A DNA stretch of 63,779 nt, filler included, from Rhabdomonas costata (taxonomy: Eukaryota), in NCBI GenBank assembly GCA_019059605.1. It is 36 parts of 36 records of this genome, joined end to end, with 100 filler letters (N's around TTAATTAATTAA, not from the genome) between each part and the next. Parts side by side here need not be neighbours in the genome. Positions count along the whole stretch, not along the records: positions 1 to 1,676 come from JAHMHO010010838.1; positions 1,777 to 3,452 come from JAHMHO010010839.1; positions 3,553 to 5,228 come from JAHMHO010010840.1; positions 5,329 to 7,003 come from JAHMHO010010841.1; positions 7,104 to 8,778 come from JAHMHO010010842.1; positions 8,879 to 10,554 come from JAHMHO010010843.1; positions 10,655 to 12,328 come from JAHMHO010010844.1; 29 more parts are not named here. One strand, 5' to 3'. The position numbers were made by a program, and so were the translations under genes. Position 1 is the stretch's first letter, and each line of letters starts with the position of its first letter. Shown here one piece after another: positions 1 through 11,300 of the stretch. The notes beneath the pieces were generated by a model. It was not told the DNA's origin, made no database searches, and saw nothing but the letters and a program-made list of their open reading frames with translations.

Positions 1-419
1 GGTGTTGTGGAGCCTTCACTGCAAGCCTCAACTGCAGCGAGAGGAGGCTCCTGCTGCGGCTCCTCCTGCTGCGGCTCCTCCTCCTGCCGCTGCTGCTGAA
101 CTCGGGAGGCAGCTTCTTCTTCTTCTTCTTCTTCTTCTTCAGGGGACAAAGCTTTCGACGGGACCGAGGATTTTGCAACGGCAAAGTGCTCCTTCTCCTT
201 CCCAACCACAACATCGCGTTCAAGTACGTCAACGTGATGATGACCATCCTGAACTTGGCATGTCCTCTCCGTTTGTCTTGGGGGAGGAGAGACCTGTTGA
301 TGCCCCAGTTGTAATCTCCCGCGCGCTTTTTGTGACTTCTCGTCATGTGAGGAGCTGTCCTTGGAATACTGGGGCTGTGTTTTCCACAGCTTCACCTCTC
401 TCCTTGCCATACTCTCAGT
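1..419 (-). CDS. Partial Glu/Gln-rich exon of an unknown protein
   Basis: Minus frame open from an AG acceptor at 420 (ATG at 410) off the contig end: MARREVKLWK...SPEEEEEEEEEAASRVQQQRQEEEPQQEEPQQEPP. The (CTT)9 at 113-139 encodes the poly-E. Confidence 0.45.
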
Positions 420-645
420 CTTTGAGGGGAAGAAGCAACACGAGAGAGCGGGAGAGATACAAAGAGCCGCCTGAATCAGAGAAAAGGACCCGATGTACTT
501 CGGCGTCAGCCCCCCATCAGTGATTTTGTTGATTCGCCTTTTTTTTCATGCTCTTGCTGCAACAATCCCTGCGCCCCCCCCTCCCATGCTACTTTCCGGG
601 CTGCCAGGCAGTGTCACGCGATATGCGATCCGCTTGCCTGCACAG

Positions 646-1590
646 CCTGACGAGGCGGTGGTGCACCGTGACAAGTTCTGGTTAGCTTTCCAGGAGGTGG
701 TGCAGTTCGACCGCAATTTCGCCCGTCGCCCAGGTTTCTGTGAAAGATGCCTCTTGGGTTTGCTCTGAGCTCGGGGAAGGAACGGGTGAAACCTTTGTAC
801 TTGCATGATAGCCAGCTCAGCTCAGCTCAGCAGCTCACGGCAACAGTCAGGTGATTTTGGGATGCTAACACGAAAACCTCACCCCTCACCTTTTTCTTGA
901 CCTTCCAGACAACAGAGGTGACATCTCACCTCCCTGGCATAATTTCTTGGCTCTTCATCACACAGAGGACTTTCAGAAGCAGTTTGAGGGGAACATCAAC
1001 GACGCCTTCTGTGCTGGCCTGCGGTTCCAACGGAAGGGAGCAAAGTTGTTTTCAACTCTTCTGCGGGCGGACGTGATTATAGCGTCGCCGTTGCAGCTGA
1101 CTTTGGACATCGAGAAAGAGCTGTATTCTGCACCCCCTCTCCGCTCTCTGCATGTATCGATGGATGGCTACGCCAACAACAGGGCCGGTCTATTTTTATT
1201 GTAATTGCTCACAGCAAAACAAAAAAAATGCAAAAAATGGACCCCGCGTTTCTAAGAAAGAAAGAAAGAAAGAAAGAAAGAAATTGGGAAAGGTTTCCCT
1301 CCTTGCGTCGGACAATGAAGTATGACGTGTTGTGCCGTACCCTTCTGCCCGGAACTTCACTCAACAATGCAACCTTTTCCCTTGTCCCTGTTGCTGGATG
1401 CCCCCTCCCCACTTTACAAGTTTATCTTGGTAAACCTTTTTTGGCTCCCCTGTCTTCACATTTTTTTGGATGCAGATTTTGCGCGAATTGTTTTCTTAGG
1501 AACTCCTACCACGACTTCCTCTCCAGTGTTGAGGTTCTGATCATCGACCAGGCAGACACGATCATGATGCAGAATTGGTTTCATTTACAG
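646..1590 (+). CDS. UTP25: UTP25/DEF U3 snoRNA-associated protein, internal exons 646-733, 966-1122, 1500-1590
   Basis: Spliced peptide RPEDFQKQFEGNINDAFCAGL...ADVIIASPL...DFLSSVEVLIIDQADTIMMQNWFHL matches UTP25 motifs (DIIIASPLGL, DFLSSIEVLIIDQAD, MQNWEH). GT-AG introns keep frame. Confidence 0.93.
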
Positions 1591-1676
1591 GTGATGGGGC
1601 CTCTGCTATGTTGAGGTGGATCATCGGAACCTCAACACTGGAGAGGAAGTCGTGGTAGGAGTTCCTAACAAAACAA

Positions 1677-1776
1677 NNNNNNNNNNNNNNNNNNNNNNNN
1701 NNNNNNNNNNNNNNNNNNNNTTAATTAATTAANNNNNNNNNNNNNNNNNNNNNNNNNNNNNNNNNNNNNNNNNNNN
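1677..1776. other. Artificial contig-joining linker N44-TTAATTAATTAA-N44 (first of 35; recurs about every 1,775 bp)
   Basis: Identical 100-nt spacer with stops in all six frames between near-equal-length contigs (1-1676, 1777-3452, 3553-5228 ... 62106-63779). Confidence 0.99.
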
Positions 1777-4700
1777 GGTTGGAGGGATGGCGTGGCAGCA
1801 ATAGGATGACATGTTACAGGTAGAGGATACAAAAAATCAGAAGCGCAGAAGTTCTGCACGGAATGGGAAATGAGGTTTTCGATCCTTTCTGCAACACGCT
1901 CTTTCTGCTGTTCACTTGTGCTTGCAGGGAGAAACAAAACTCCGTTGACTGTTGACTGTGCCGTGCCTTGTGGTGCCATGTTTTCCCAATATCTTTATGG
2001 CGAGAAATTGGATAAAGGCACTCTTGAGCATCCCATTCACTAAAATCCCGAAGTTGAGCATAAGGGAGCTTAGCGGCCGATCACAGTGAAGCATAGCTTT
2101 CCCTTTTGTCAGTTTTGTTTGAATATGACTTGCAATAGAGACTCTAAATCCAAGTTCCCACGGCGATTTTCCGTTTCGGAATCCAGTAAACGAAACACCT
2201 TCTCATTGCAACAGGGATGACAAACCACACGGCTACTATCACAGACACAATACCCTCTCCCATTAGTCGGGAATCTCATTATTCCAAAAAGTTTCGCAAC
2301 AACATAGACCTTAGGGATAACTTATTCGGCGCCGGAACGGAAACAATCGGTGCCCGGCAAACCCGCCGTCCCCCACAAAGGGCAGAGGGGGCTCATTTTC
2401 TGAAGACCCGCAGCCGTGAGCACATTTTTTGTCACAAAGCCATCACGTACAACGCCACTTCTCTTTTCCAGAGACGAAAAGCAGCATTCATTGCAGCACA
2501 AAAACGCAAGCGCAAGTCCAGTCCAAAACGGCAAGCGCTGCACGCCCACCCTCTTCGCACCTTATCCGGGAGGAGGGAGGCAAAACTCCAAAAGCAACGC
2601 ACATGCAAGCACCCTCGCACCCCCCCCCCCAACTCAACAGCAAAAACCCAACACGCGAAAGGTACAAGCAAAGGCGGAGAGAAAGACACCACAAGAAAAC
2701 GCGCACGAAGGCACCGGCACACTCTCCTTCCCCGGCTCTTCCCCATCATATGGGGAGGAAAGCCGATAGTCGCTGACATCCCTTACTGGACAACATGCGC
2801 ATAGCTACACGGCAAGAACAGATAAAAACTCCTCACTTCACTTCGCCACGGCCTCAAGGAACACAATCGAAACTGAGCATTGCAGTAATTAATTCTGCAC
2901 AGCACACCATGCGAAGCGGCAGGGAGCCACATCACCCATCTCGCACTGGTGGTCGTTTGTCAGTTGGGTGACGATTGTGATAAGTGTCCAGGCGCGGTTA
3001 AAAACGTAAGTGCAACTATGTGCACCCGGAGTATCATCACCTATGCCACATTAAGCACCTGTGCTCGCTTCTCAAAACCGTCCACTATAACCCACATTAA
3101 CCCTCCATTAATCAGCACCACCTGCAACAAATCAGAAAGCATTCCATCTGAGGACAGAATCCAAACCTGCAGTGTTATAAACGCAGTTATTCAATATCTA
3201 GCTAACTTAATGGAGTTGGGTCAGTACCAGTAACCTAGAGCGCCCTCCCGCTTCGCTAACGGAACCCTATCTGGCGCGGAATACACCCCCAGAGAGTGCA
3301 CTCCACCGGGAAATGGAAAGGGAATGTCTTCTCCCCCTCTCCTCGTCTTTCTCTTCTCAACTCAGCCACCAAGCCCCTGCTGCTCACAGCCTTCCCATCT
3401 AAGACTTTCCCTCCATGTCGCCGTCACTCCGTGGTTACATCTTCGACGACGGNNNNNNNNNNNNNNNNNNNNNNNNNNNNNNNNNNNNNNNNNNNNTTAA
3501 TTAATTAANNNNNNNNNNNNNNNNNNNNNNNNNNNNNNNNNNNNNNNNNNNNTGTGTTTTGGCACGTTAATATCACATGATCCACTACAATTGTGAAGCA
3601 AAATGATATTAACGTGCTAACATACACTAACATTCCATTGCAGCGTGATAAAATCACGAAAATACACCACTTTGATATGCTCCAAATACGCGCAGGACGT
3701 CACCACATATTACACTACTTGTACGAACTCTTTATGCACTACAATTGGAGACAAATACGCTAAAATGCATGCTGTAATGTACGATTCTGTCACTAAAGAT
3801 CCTATCAAAACAAAACACGCGAGAAAAAATACCCAAAAATGCCACTTTTTTGACTCCATTTTTTTGTAAAAACAAGGGCTTAGAAGTGATAAAGATGTCA
3901 GATGATATGGTGATACACTTGTGATATTAAGGACAAGAAAAAATAAAAAAGTGTAAAAAATTCCAACAAAAAATAGAATCCTGAAAATCATGAAAATGCC
4001 TTAGAGTACCAGGTGATGGGGGATGATACTGATGGTACATGGTACTACCCCATCATTCCCCCACCGACAGCTCGTTACGTGCCTACGTGATGATGGCACC
4101 AAGATATGCCCGACGGGCAGGTAATACCCCAATGTGTGTTTTGGGTTTTTTGATTGAAGGAGGACGGGGCGCATATTTGCATTCGCTCGTATGCGCCATA
4201 GAAGTGATGGTTCATGCTACTCACGGCCATGAGGCGGTACGCAGCATTCACAATACCCCATCCACGGCGTTCTAACCGCTACTGGTCGCTATTCACCCGC
4301 GCCACGTGAAGATGAAGAGGCATGGCGCTGCATTAAGATGTAGAATTATGAGAATGAATGGCGGCAGGTCGCACGTTCCTACGTCGAATGCGGCCGATGT
4401 GCGTAACCCACCGAAAGGCACTGTGTTCTTAGGGCACAAGGGTTTGGGGAGCATCTGGCGTTATGGCGTGGGAAGGCGGCGCTAGAGAGCAAAGCCGGTA
4501 AATACTAGGGCAAAGGTTGAAGACTCCAAAAGCATAGTCGGAGACAACTGGCGCTGCCCGATGCGCCCCTGTTGCCACCTAAGGGGTGCCGCGAGATACC
4601 CGGGCGGCGAAAGGTACAGAAGGCGGCGTTAGTGCGACGCGTTGGGGCGGGAAATGGCCGATCGAGGTTCGGGGACAAGGCAGAGCAGCACTAAAAGGCC

Positions 4701-5463
4701 AAGCAATTTTAAGATGGGAAACCGTTTTTGCGCCTGGCAGACGGACCTTTTGCTGAAGGGGTGGGCTTTCCAACGTTTCTTAGATTCCGATTGTATTTGT
4801 ATACCCCAAAAACACTCCATGCATCCCCCCACATTGCTCCATATTGGACCCCGGACCACTGTTTGCTTGTTGGCTTGTGCCGTTTTTGCAACCCCCACAC
4901 TCCCGCCTCCCACCGGCCCCCATCCTGGTTGTCGATCCTCGCGATTCCGTGCAAAGAAGGCAGAACAACAGCCAACACAGGGAGGCAGCCAAGACAGGGC
5001 TGTGAACAAGCCACCTCCTCCCCATCGCACATGCATACAAAGAAAGGGCTACTAAGTGTAGGTATGTGTGTTTCCCCTCGTAGCAAAAGGAAAGCACACC
5101 AAACAGAGAAAGACAGAGTCACACACAATCATTTTTTTCAGCCACAGGCCCAAATCACCGATGGAGAGAGCCACTGAGGGATCGACGCCATCCAGCGCCA
5201 CAAAACCTGAAACAATAACCGCGGAGCCNNNNNNNNNNNNNNNNNNNNNNNNNNNNNNNNNNNNNNNNNNNNTTAATTAATTAANNNNNNNNNNNNNNNN
5301 NNNNNNNNNNNNNNNNNNNNNNNNNNNNGGGTTTGTGGGAGCCAGGTCTGCAAGACGGCCTGTGCGGCATGTGGCCCGGAACGGATTCGTGGTTTCCTTC
5401 TTTGGCTATGCCCTCATATTTGCACACGTGGAGTGGAGTATGGGTTCGCTCGTTGATTTTCAG

Positions 5464-6823
5464 GGATGAGGAGCGGCAGCTGATTGCGTCGGCGCTTTCC
5501 AAGTGGCCCAACGCGGAGAAGCCCAAGTCCGAGACCTCCGTAGACGTCGTCTCCAAGCTGTGGATGATGCTCCTGCAGTGGGAAGGTGCTCAGAAGATCC
5601 CTTGTCATTGTGCAAATAACGGGTAGCTCTGTCCGCATCACTTTTTGCTGGTTTCGATGATTTTTTAGCATCATTTGCATTTGCTCTTACTGCGGCTTGC
5701 AGCTAGGTGGCTTTGTCCTGTTTGGAAATTGGAAGATTAATCACACAAACAAGTCTCCGTTAGCGATGTCCTGGATGAGGAGGAATGGGATGGGGCCGGG
5801 GGTCGGTGGATGCAGTGTGGAAGGCCAAGCAAGTGCTTGGCCAGCCCGGGGTGACCGAGGCAGCGGTGGCCGCGCTGGTCGAAGCTCTGCGCACTTGGTG
5901 CGGCCAGGCCTGCACTCGGTGCCCGGAGTGTGCCCCGGTGTGGATTACCTGCGCAGATATGGAGGAGCAAGTTATCCAGGACGTCACCAAGGCATGCCAT
6001 CACCAGCCACCCACCCATCCTTATACTCACCCGCCTGACGCAGGCTATCTTCACCAATTCGTAGCTAAGCGGAGGTATATGCACTGATACCGCAACACTT
6101 CCTGTTTGCAAATATAAGGAGCCGTAGCGTTTAATATCAATGTGAATGGGAGATCACAAAAATGGTTGGTGGGAGAAGTACAGAGATATAAAGGCCGAAT
6201 TTTGACAATCGCAAGAAAGAATACCTACCACATGCACTTGTGCATGGACATCTCGTGTGTTGGTCATCGCCAGTTCTTCGCAAAGTTACACTGAAGCTAG
6301 TGCAGACCGAAGGCAGGAATTTGACATAAGGCAGAAGGCTCTCTTTTAGTTGCCCTTCAAATTGGTCCACTCGTTTTTGTGATGTATATGCAGGCCCGCA
6401 CCGTGCTGGCGAAAGCAATGCTGCGAAACCCCAAGCACCCGGACCTCTGGGTGGCGTGCATCCGAATGGAGCACCGCAGCGGCAACGCCACCCTGGCCAG
6501 CACTCACATCGCCAGGGCACTGCAGGAATGCCCCAACAGGTGAGCCACTCTCATCTACACGCCCACGCACGTACACAAGCGCCAAGTTGCTGAAAATGGG
6601 TGAGATGGGTCCTATGCTTGCGCGCAGTGGAGCGATCTGGGCGGAGGTGATTGAGATGGAGCCCCCGGCCACGAAGCGAGCAAAGAGCGTGTTGGCGATC
6701 AAGAGATGTGACAAGGACGCCCGCGTGATTGTCGCTGTGGCGAAACTCTTCTGGGCAGACCGCAAGATTGACAAGGCGCGATCCTGGTTTAACCGCGCTG
6801 TAGCCCTGGATAGTGATTACGGG
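5464..6823 (+). CDS. PRP6: Pre-mRNA splicing factor PRP6, C-terminal HAT/TPR exons 5464-5585, 5816-5991, 6394-6539, 6628-6823
   Basis: Spliced peptide KLWMM...[19 protein letters not shown]...[21 protein letters not shown]...[30 protein letters not shown] aligns with the PRPF6 C-terminus (ALQECPNSGILW, AVAKLFW, KAREWF). Intron 5992-6393 is GC-AG. Confidence 0.95.
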
Positions 6824-8274
6824 GTGTGTCTCCTCATCTTTACCGTGCGCAACTGAAGAGCTGGTCACAATGGCACAGGGGTCTCGCAACTAACATGGGG
6901 TTGGTTCTGTTTCTTCATAACCTACCTGTTTCGATACTGGGGGGAAATTGCCAAGGTCGTAGCTGTTGCGGGTGGCGCCTATTCATATTCGCACAGTCAC
7001 CCANNNNNNNNNNNNNNNNNNNNNNNNNNNNNNNNNNNNNNNNNNNNTTAATTAATTAANNNNNNNNNNNNNNNNNNNNNNNNNNNNNNNNNNNNNNNNN
7101 NNNTTTGAAAGAATTGGTTTGAAGCGAAGCCCCCCTCGCCCTGCGCAGCCCCCCTGAGGTTTACACCTGCCCTCTTCCCCCTTGCGATGTTGACTTCAGG
7201 AGCGAGAGAGTGCACGAAAATACTTTTTGCGGGTGCACAGGATGTACTGCGAGGCTTGCTGGCCCAGGAGGGTGGCTGGCTGGCCCCCTTCTCCGCCGCG
7301 ATGTGCTCCCGCCAGCAGGGCCTGCATATGTACCTCGACTTGACCACGGCCGCGGACACCGTGTTCTGCGGCCTGGCCAAAAATGAGTATGCGATGTTGC
7401 GATGTTGTGATCATGATTTTCAGGGGGAGGGGTTATACCAGCGGTCACAGTTCTTCCTGCTCGACCATACGATTAAAAAGGTCTTTGATCACGACTCCGG
7501 ATGACTATTTGCACCCTGCTGATGCTGGCATGGTCATGAAAACAAAAACCCACACGGTGTTCGACCTATGCAAAGCCATTGGACGGTGAGAAAAGTCTTG
7601 CCTTATTCTTAGTTGGCAGCGGGCGCCCGTGAATCATAGGCACAACTTGTCAACCCAACTCAACTCACTTTGCAAGAAACCGTCTTCTCTTGTGCCTGGG
7701 GGGCCTGGCGCAGCATACTGGCGAAGGAGGCCTTCCCCACTGCCGTGCGGCAGCTGGCTGAGCTACTGAAACGTGCCGAGCCCGCGAAGGTTGTCGCTTG
7801 CTGCACTTCTCTCATGTCCTCTGGTCCATGGAACCTCACTCACCCTCACTCGTTGCCCCATACTGCCGCGATTGCCGCGGGTGCTGACAGGTTTTTTTTC
7901 AAATGTTGGGATTATCACCCGCGTCATCTGTAAAGCAGGGGCAGGGGAGACACACTAAGCACTGACCGAGGGAAGCAAACACAAAAAACCTCCAGTTTAA
8001 ACCCCAGTTTTTCACCCCCCCCCCCTCCTTTATTTTTTGAGGTGACACGGATATGTCACGAACATGAAAAAGATTGCATTTGTGTGTGCAAAGGAGTTTT
8101 GTGCAAGTAGGTGCAAGATTATTGTTTTTATGTGGAACAGTGACCACATCACCACTACAATGTCTCAATACTACTTTTACGGCAGATCCTTTGCAGATAC
8201 TAGATTGCCCCCTTGCAGCGTTGAAAGGAGAATTCACAGCCTCTCACGGGGTCTCGGTGGTTCGAAACGTCAAA

Positions 8275-8700
8275 TCATTCAGATAAATTTATGCATGATT
8301 GCTTAGTAATGGAGCCCAGAAATCCTTCGTATCTCTTTCTCATTTGTTCCCCTTTCACCCTCTTTTCGACTTTGATTATTTTTTCGTGAAAGGGCTTGAA
8401 AAGACCAAAAAAACTCCTTACATTACCCCATTCCTCAACATTCGGTGCACACAGCTCATTACCCACCAAAGGCAGGGAGACGAAGATTACAAAGATCCCT
8501 TCTTGGGCCTCTAGAAAGTTGTAATGGAGCAGCAACCCCGTGCAAGTTTTGCCCATGCCCCCAGAGGACAGCACAAGATCGGTGGGGATCAGCCTATCAC
8601 CGCTGCGGGGAGCCCCGAGAACACTCTCTGTCAGCTTCTGCAGCTTTGGGGGAAGGGGGGAGTGATAGCCGGAATACTGCTTGCTTAAACTAAAAGTCAT
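8275..8700 (-). CDS. Possible degenerate P-loop NTPase (NACHT/STAND-like) fragment
   Basis: LVLSSGGMGKT followed about 15 aa later by the hydrophobic strand IFVIFVSLP, the spacing of NACHT-type Walker A regions. The first Walker A residue is S instead of G/A. Confidence 0.35.
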   Translation of the reverse strand: MTFSLSKQYSGYHSPLPPKLQKLTESVLGAPRSGDRLIPTDLVLSSGGMGKTCTGLLLHYNFLEAQEGIFVIFVSLPLVGNELCAPNVEEWGNVRSFFGLFKPFHEKIIKVEKRVKGEQMRKRYEGFLGSITKQSCINLSE

Positions 8701-9304
8701 TGATCACGTTCCCGAACCCCCCTTCTCCTCAACGGACTGGCCTCCGCAGTAGTGGCCCCCGCTCCTGTCCCACAAAACNNNNNNNNNNNNNNNNNNNNNN
8801 NNNNNNNNNNNNNNNNNNNNNNTTAATTAATTAANNNNNNNNNNNNNNNNNNNNNNNNNNNNNNNNNNNNNNNNNNNNGGTTGTGGGTGGAAACATGTGC
8901 TACATTATCACATTGTCATGCTTCTGAGAATCGCGTGGGCCTCCGGATGGATATAATGTCTTCCTCTATCTTCCTTTCTTTGAGCTCCCAATGAACTGTT
9001 ATAAGGAGAAGTTGCCGTCAAACAGCAGGGCTGTAATTTACATAAGGCACACATGAACGGGGCTGTGGGCAGACATACATCAGCGCCATCCATTGTTGCC
9101 CAGGCCCCCCCCCCTTTTTTTGCATCTTGCTCTTTATGCATTGCACGCTCACTTCTCGTTCAGGTTTTGCTCTCTGTGATCGCAGCCCCACCCCTGCCGT
9201 GGTTCCGTTGACGTTGTCACCGCTCCCTCACATATTCATTCGATCTCTCTCATTTACTATATTCCGCCTTACCCCTTCTTCTACTTCCGCTTCTCCGATC
9301 TGAA

Positions 9305-10554
9305 ATGGCCGACGCCGACGGAGCGTACCGCGTGTCTTACGTCTCCGATCCTCCCTCCGCGCGGGTCTTTCCCCCGCCACGGGCCTCGGTGGCCTCGGGG
9401 CCCATCCCGCCCTCGCCCACTGGGATGGCCCCAAGGTGTCTCCAGTGGCATTCTCTGTTTTTCGAGAGATCATTTCTTTTTTCTTGGAGACACTAGGGAC
9501 AGGTGTGTTTGTTTGTTCGCGTTTGTTTATGTTGGCGTGATGAAAGACGGATAAGAATCATCATTTTTATCTCCCCGTAGACTTGTGCTGATGGTTCGGT
9601 GGTGCTGTAGTGGCGCCATGTTCTTCCCATGTTCTTGTTCCAGAAATGTCAAGGGAATCACAGAGAAAAAACGTTTAAAACGCAAGCAAAAGATTCCAAT
9701 TATCAGGCTCCAGACTTGAGCATGCCCAATGACTCCTCTCAATATGCAATGCACTGCGCGCGGTGCATCCGCTGATCATTGGCCAAAATAGTTCGCATCC
9801 ATGTCCTCCTTTTCAGACACTTGTCGTAAACGAATCTCATGTGTGGTATGCCTCGTCCCTCACCATCACTCTTCTTTAGATACGGACCCCAAGTTGACAT
9901 CTCGGCTCGGGTTGGCCCTGTCGCTGGCCGGGCTTCTCCGTCGCAAGCCGCCCTATGCGGCGCAGGGTCTGCTTGCGTTTGTCCGTGCTTGTGTTCGTCG
10001 GTCTGCGCTGCGCCCTTTCTTGAGCTCTTTTCAAGGCTGGCGTTGCGTCATTCTGAGCAAACCTTCCCAGTGTGCTTACGTGCGCAGCTAGAGACGGCAA
10101 ACGGCATGCTCAGGTTGTGGGGACTCAGCCCTTCCTTCTTTTCTGGCTCACCTAAAAGGGCCCCGTCACAGGCGTGGTCACTGGCCTTCCGTACACACCT
10201 CCGCTCTTCCCCCGATTGTAGCTCACCCGTTTCTCCGTTTGTAGTATTTCGTTTCTCTGTCCGGTTTGTGCAACGTGCCCGCAGCTGTCAACCCATAACT
10301 CACATTCCCGAGGAACCCTTTTTCCTTTCTTTTTCTGTGAATGTTCGCAGGAACCCTTTTTCTTTTCTTTCTGTCGTTTTTCCTTCAGATTTGGGTTCCT
10401 GAACTACGTCCAGGAGCCCGCAGGACAGAAAAAGTGGGGTGCCGTGTCCGCGGGGCCGGAGTGGGACAACGACCTGGTGCTCTCGGAGACGCACTACCAC
10501 CACGGCGACCACCACCACAACCACCACCAGCGCCACATCCACCACTTCCACGAC
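9305..10554 (+). CDS. N-terminus of an unknown protein with a His-rich tract (exons 9305-9435 and 10389->10554)
   Basis: ATG after a pyrimidine tract. The phase-2 GT-AG intron 9436-10388 joins MADADG...MAPR to FGFLNYVQEP...ETHYHHGDHHHNHHQRHIHHFHD. Confidence 0.6.
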
Positions 10555-10654
10555 NNNNNNNNNNNNNNNNNNNNNNNNNNNNNNNNNNNNNNNNNNNNTT
10601 AATTAATTAANNNNNNNNNNNNNNNNNNNNNNNNNNNNNNNNNNNNNNNNNNNN

Positions 10655-11300
10655 TTTGTGTCTCCGTCTCCGTGTCTGTGTCTGGTGTTAGGGTTGCTGT
10701 GGGTAGCTGTGCTTGTTGTGTTCTGGTCCTGGGGTTGTTGGTGCTTGTGCTGTTTGGTGTGCTGGTGGTTGGAGGAAGGTGTCATGGTGTGTTTGTGTTG
10801 GAGGTTGGGGTTGTCAGGATGTCGTTGGGTGTGTTGGTTGCTGTGGTAGTGTTGTGGTAGTGCGTGTAGTGTGTGGTAGTGTTGTGTTCGGGCGTTGGGT
10901 GTTGGTGGTTGGGGCGTTGTTGTGGAGGATGGCATGTTGTGTTGGGTTAGTGCGTTGTGGTTGAGGGTGTCATGGTGGCTGTCAGTGCTTCTTGTGTGGT
11001 AGTGTGGTTGTGTTAGTGTGTGGTAGTGTTGGGTTGTTGGGCTGTGTGTTGGGGTTGTTGGCTGTTGGTTGGAGGGGCGTTGGTTGCATGCTGTGTTGGG
11101 CTTAGCGGTGTCATGCGTTGTGTTCGTGCTGTCTCAGGGGCTGTTGGTGTCAGGATGTGGGGTTCAGGGCTTCGTCTTGAGAGCTTCATGGGTTCATTGC
11201 TTCATGCGTAGGGTTTGTTGTGTGTTAGCGTTTCTGGGGCTGTCTGGTGGTAGTTGGTGGAGTTGGGGTTGATGTTGACGTTGGAGGCCTTGTTGGTGAG
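10655..11300. repeat. G/T-skewed low-complexity tract
   Basis: Dominated by GTT/GTG/GGT units with very few A; scattered TTAGGG-like hexamers (gttaggg, gcttagcgg, gtagggt). Confidence 0.7.

Noticed and set aside
1627..1676. Inverted copy of 1487-1536 (UTP25 intron/exon boundary)
   Set aside because: Sits at the contig end and copies nearby sequence; typical amplification fold-back chimera.
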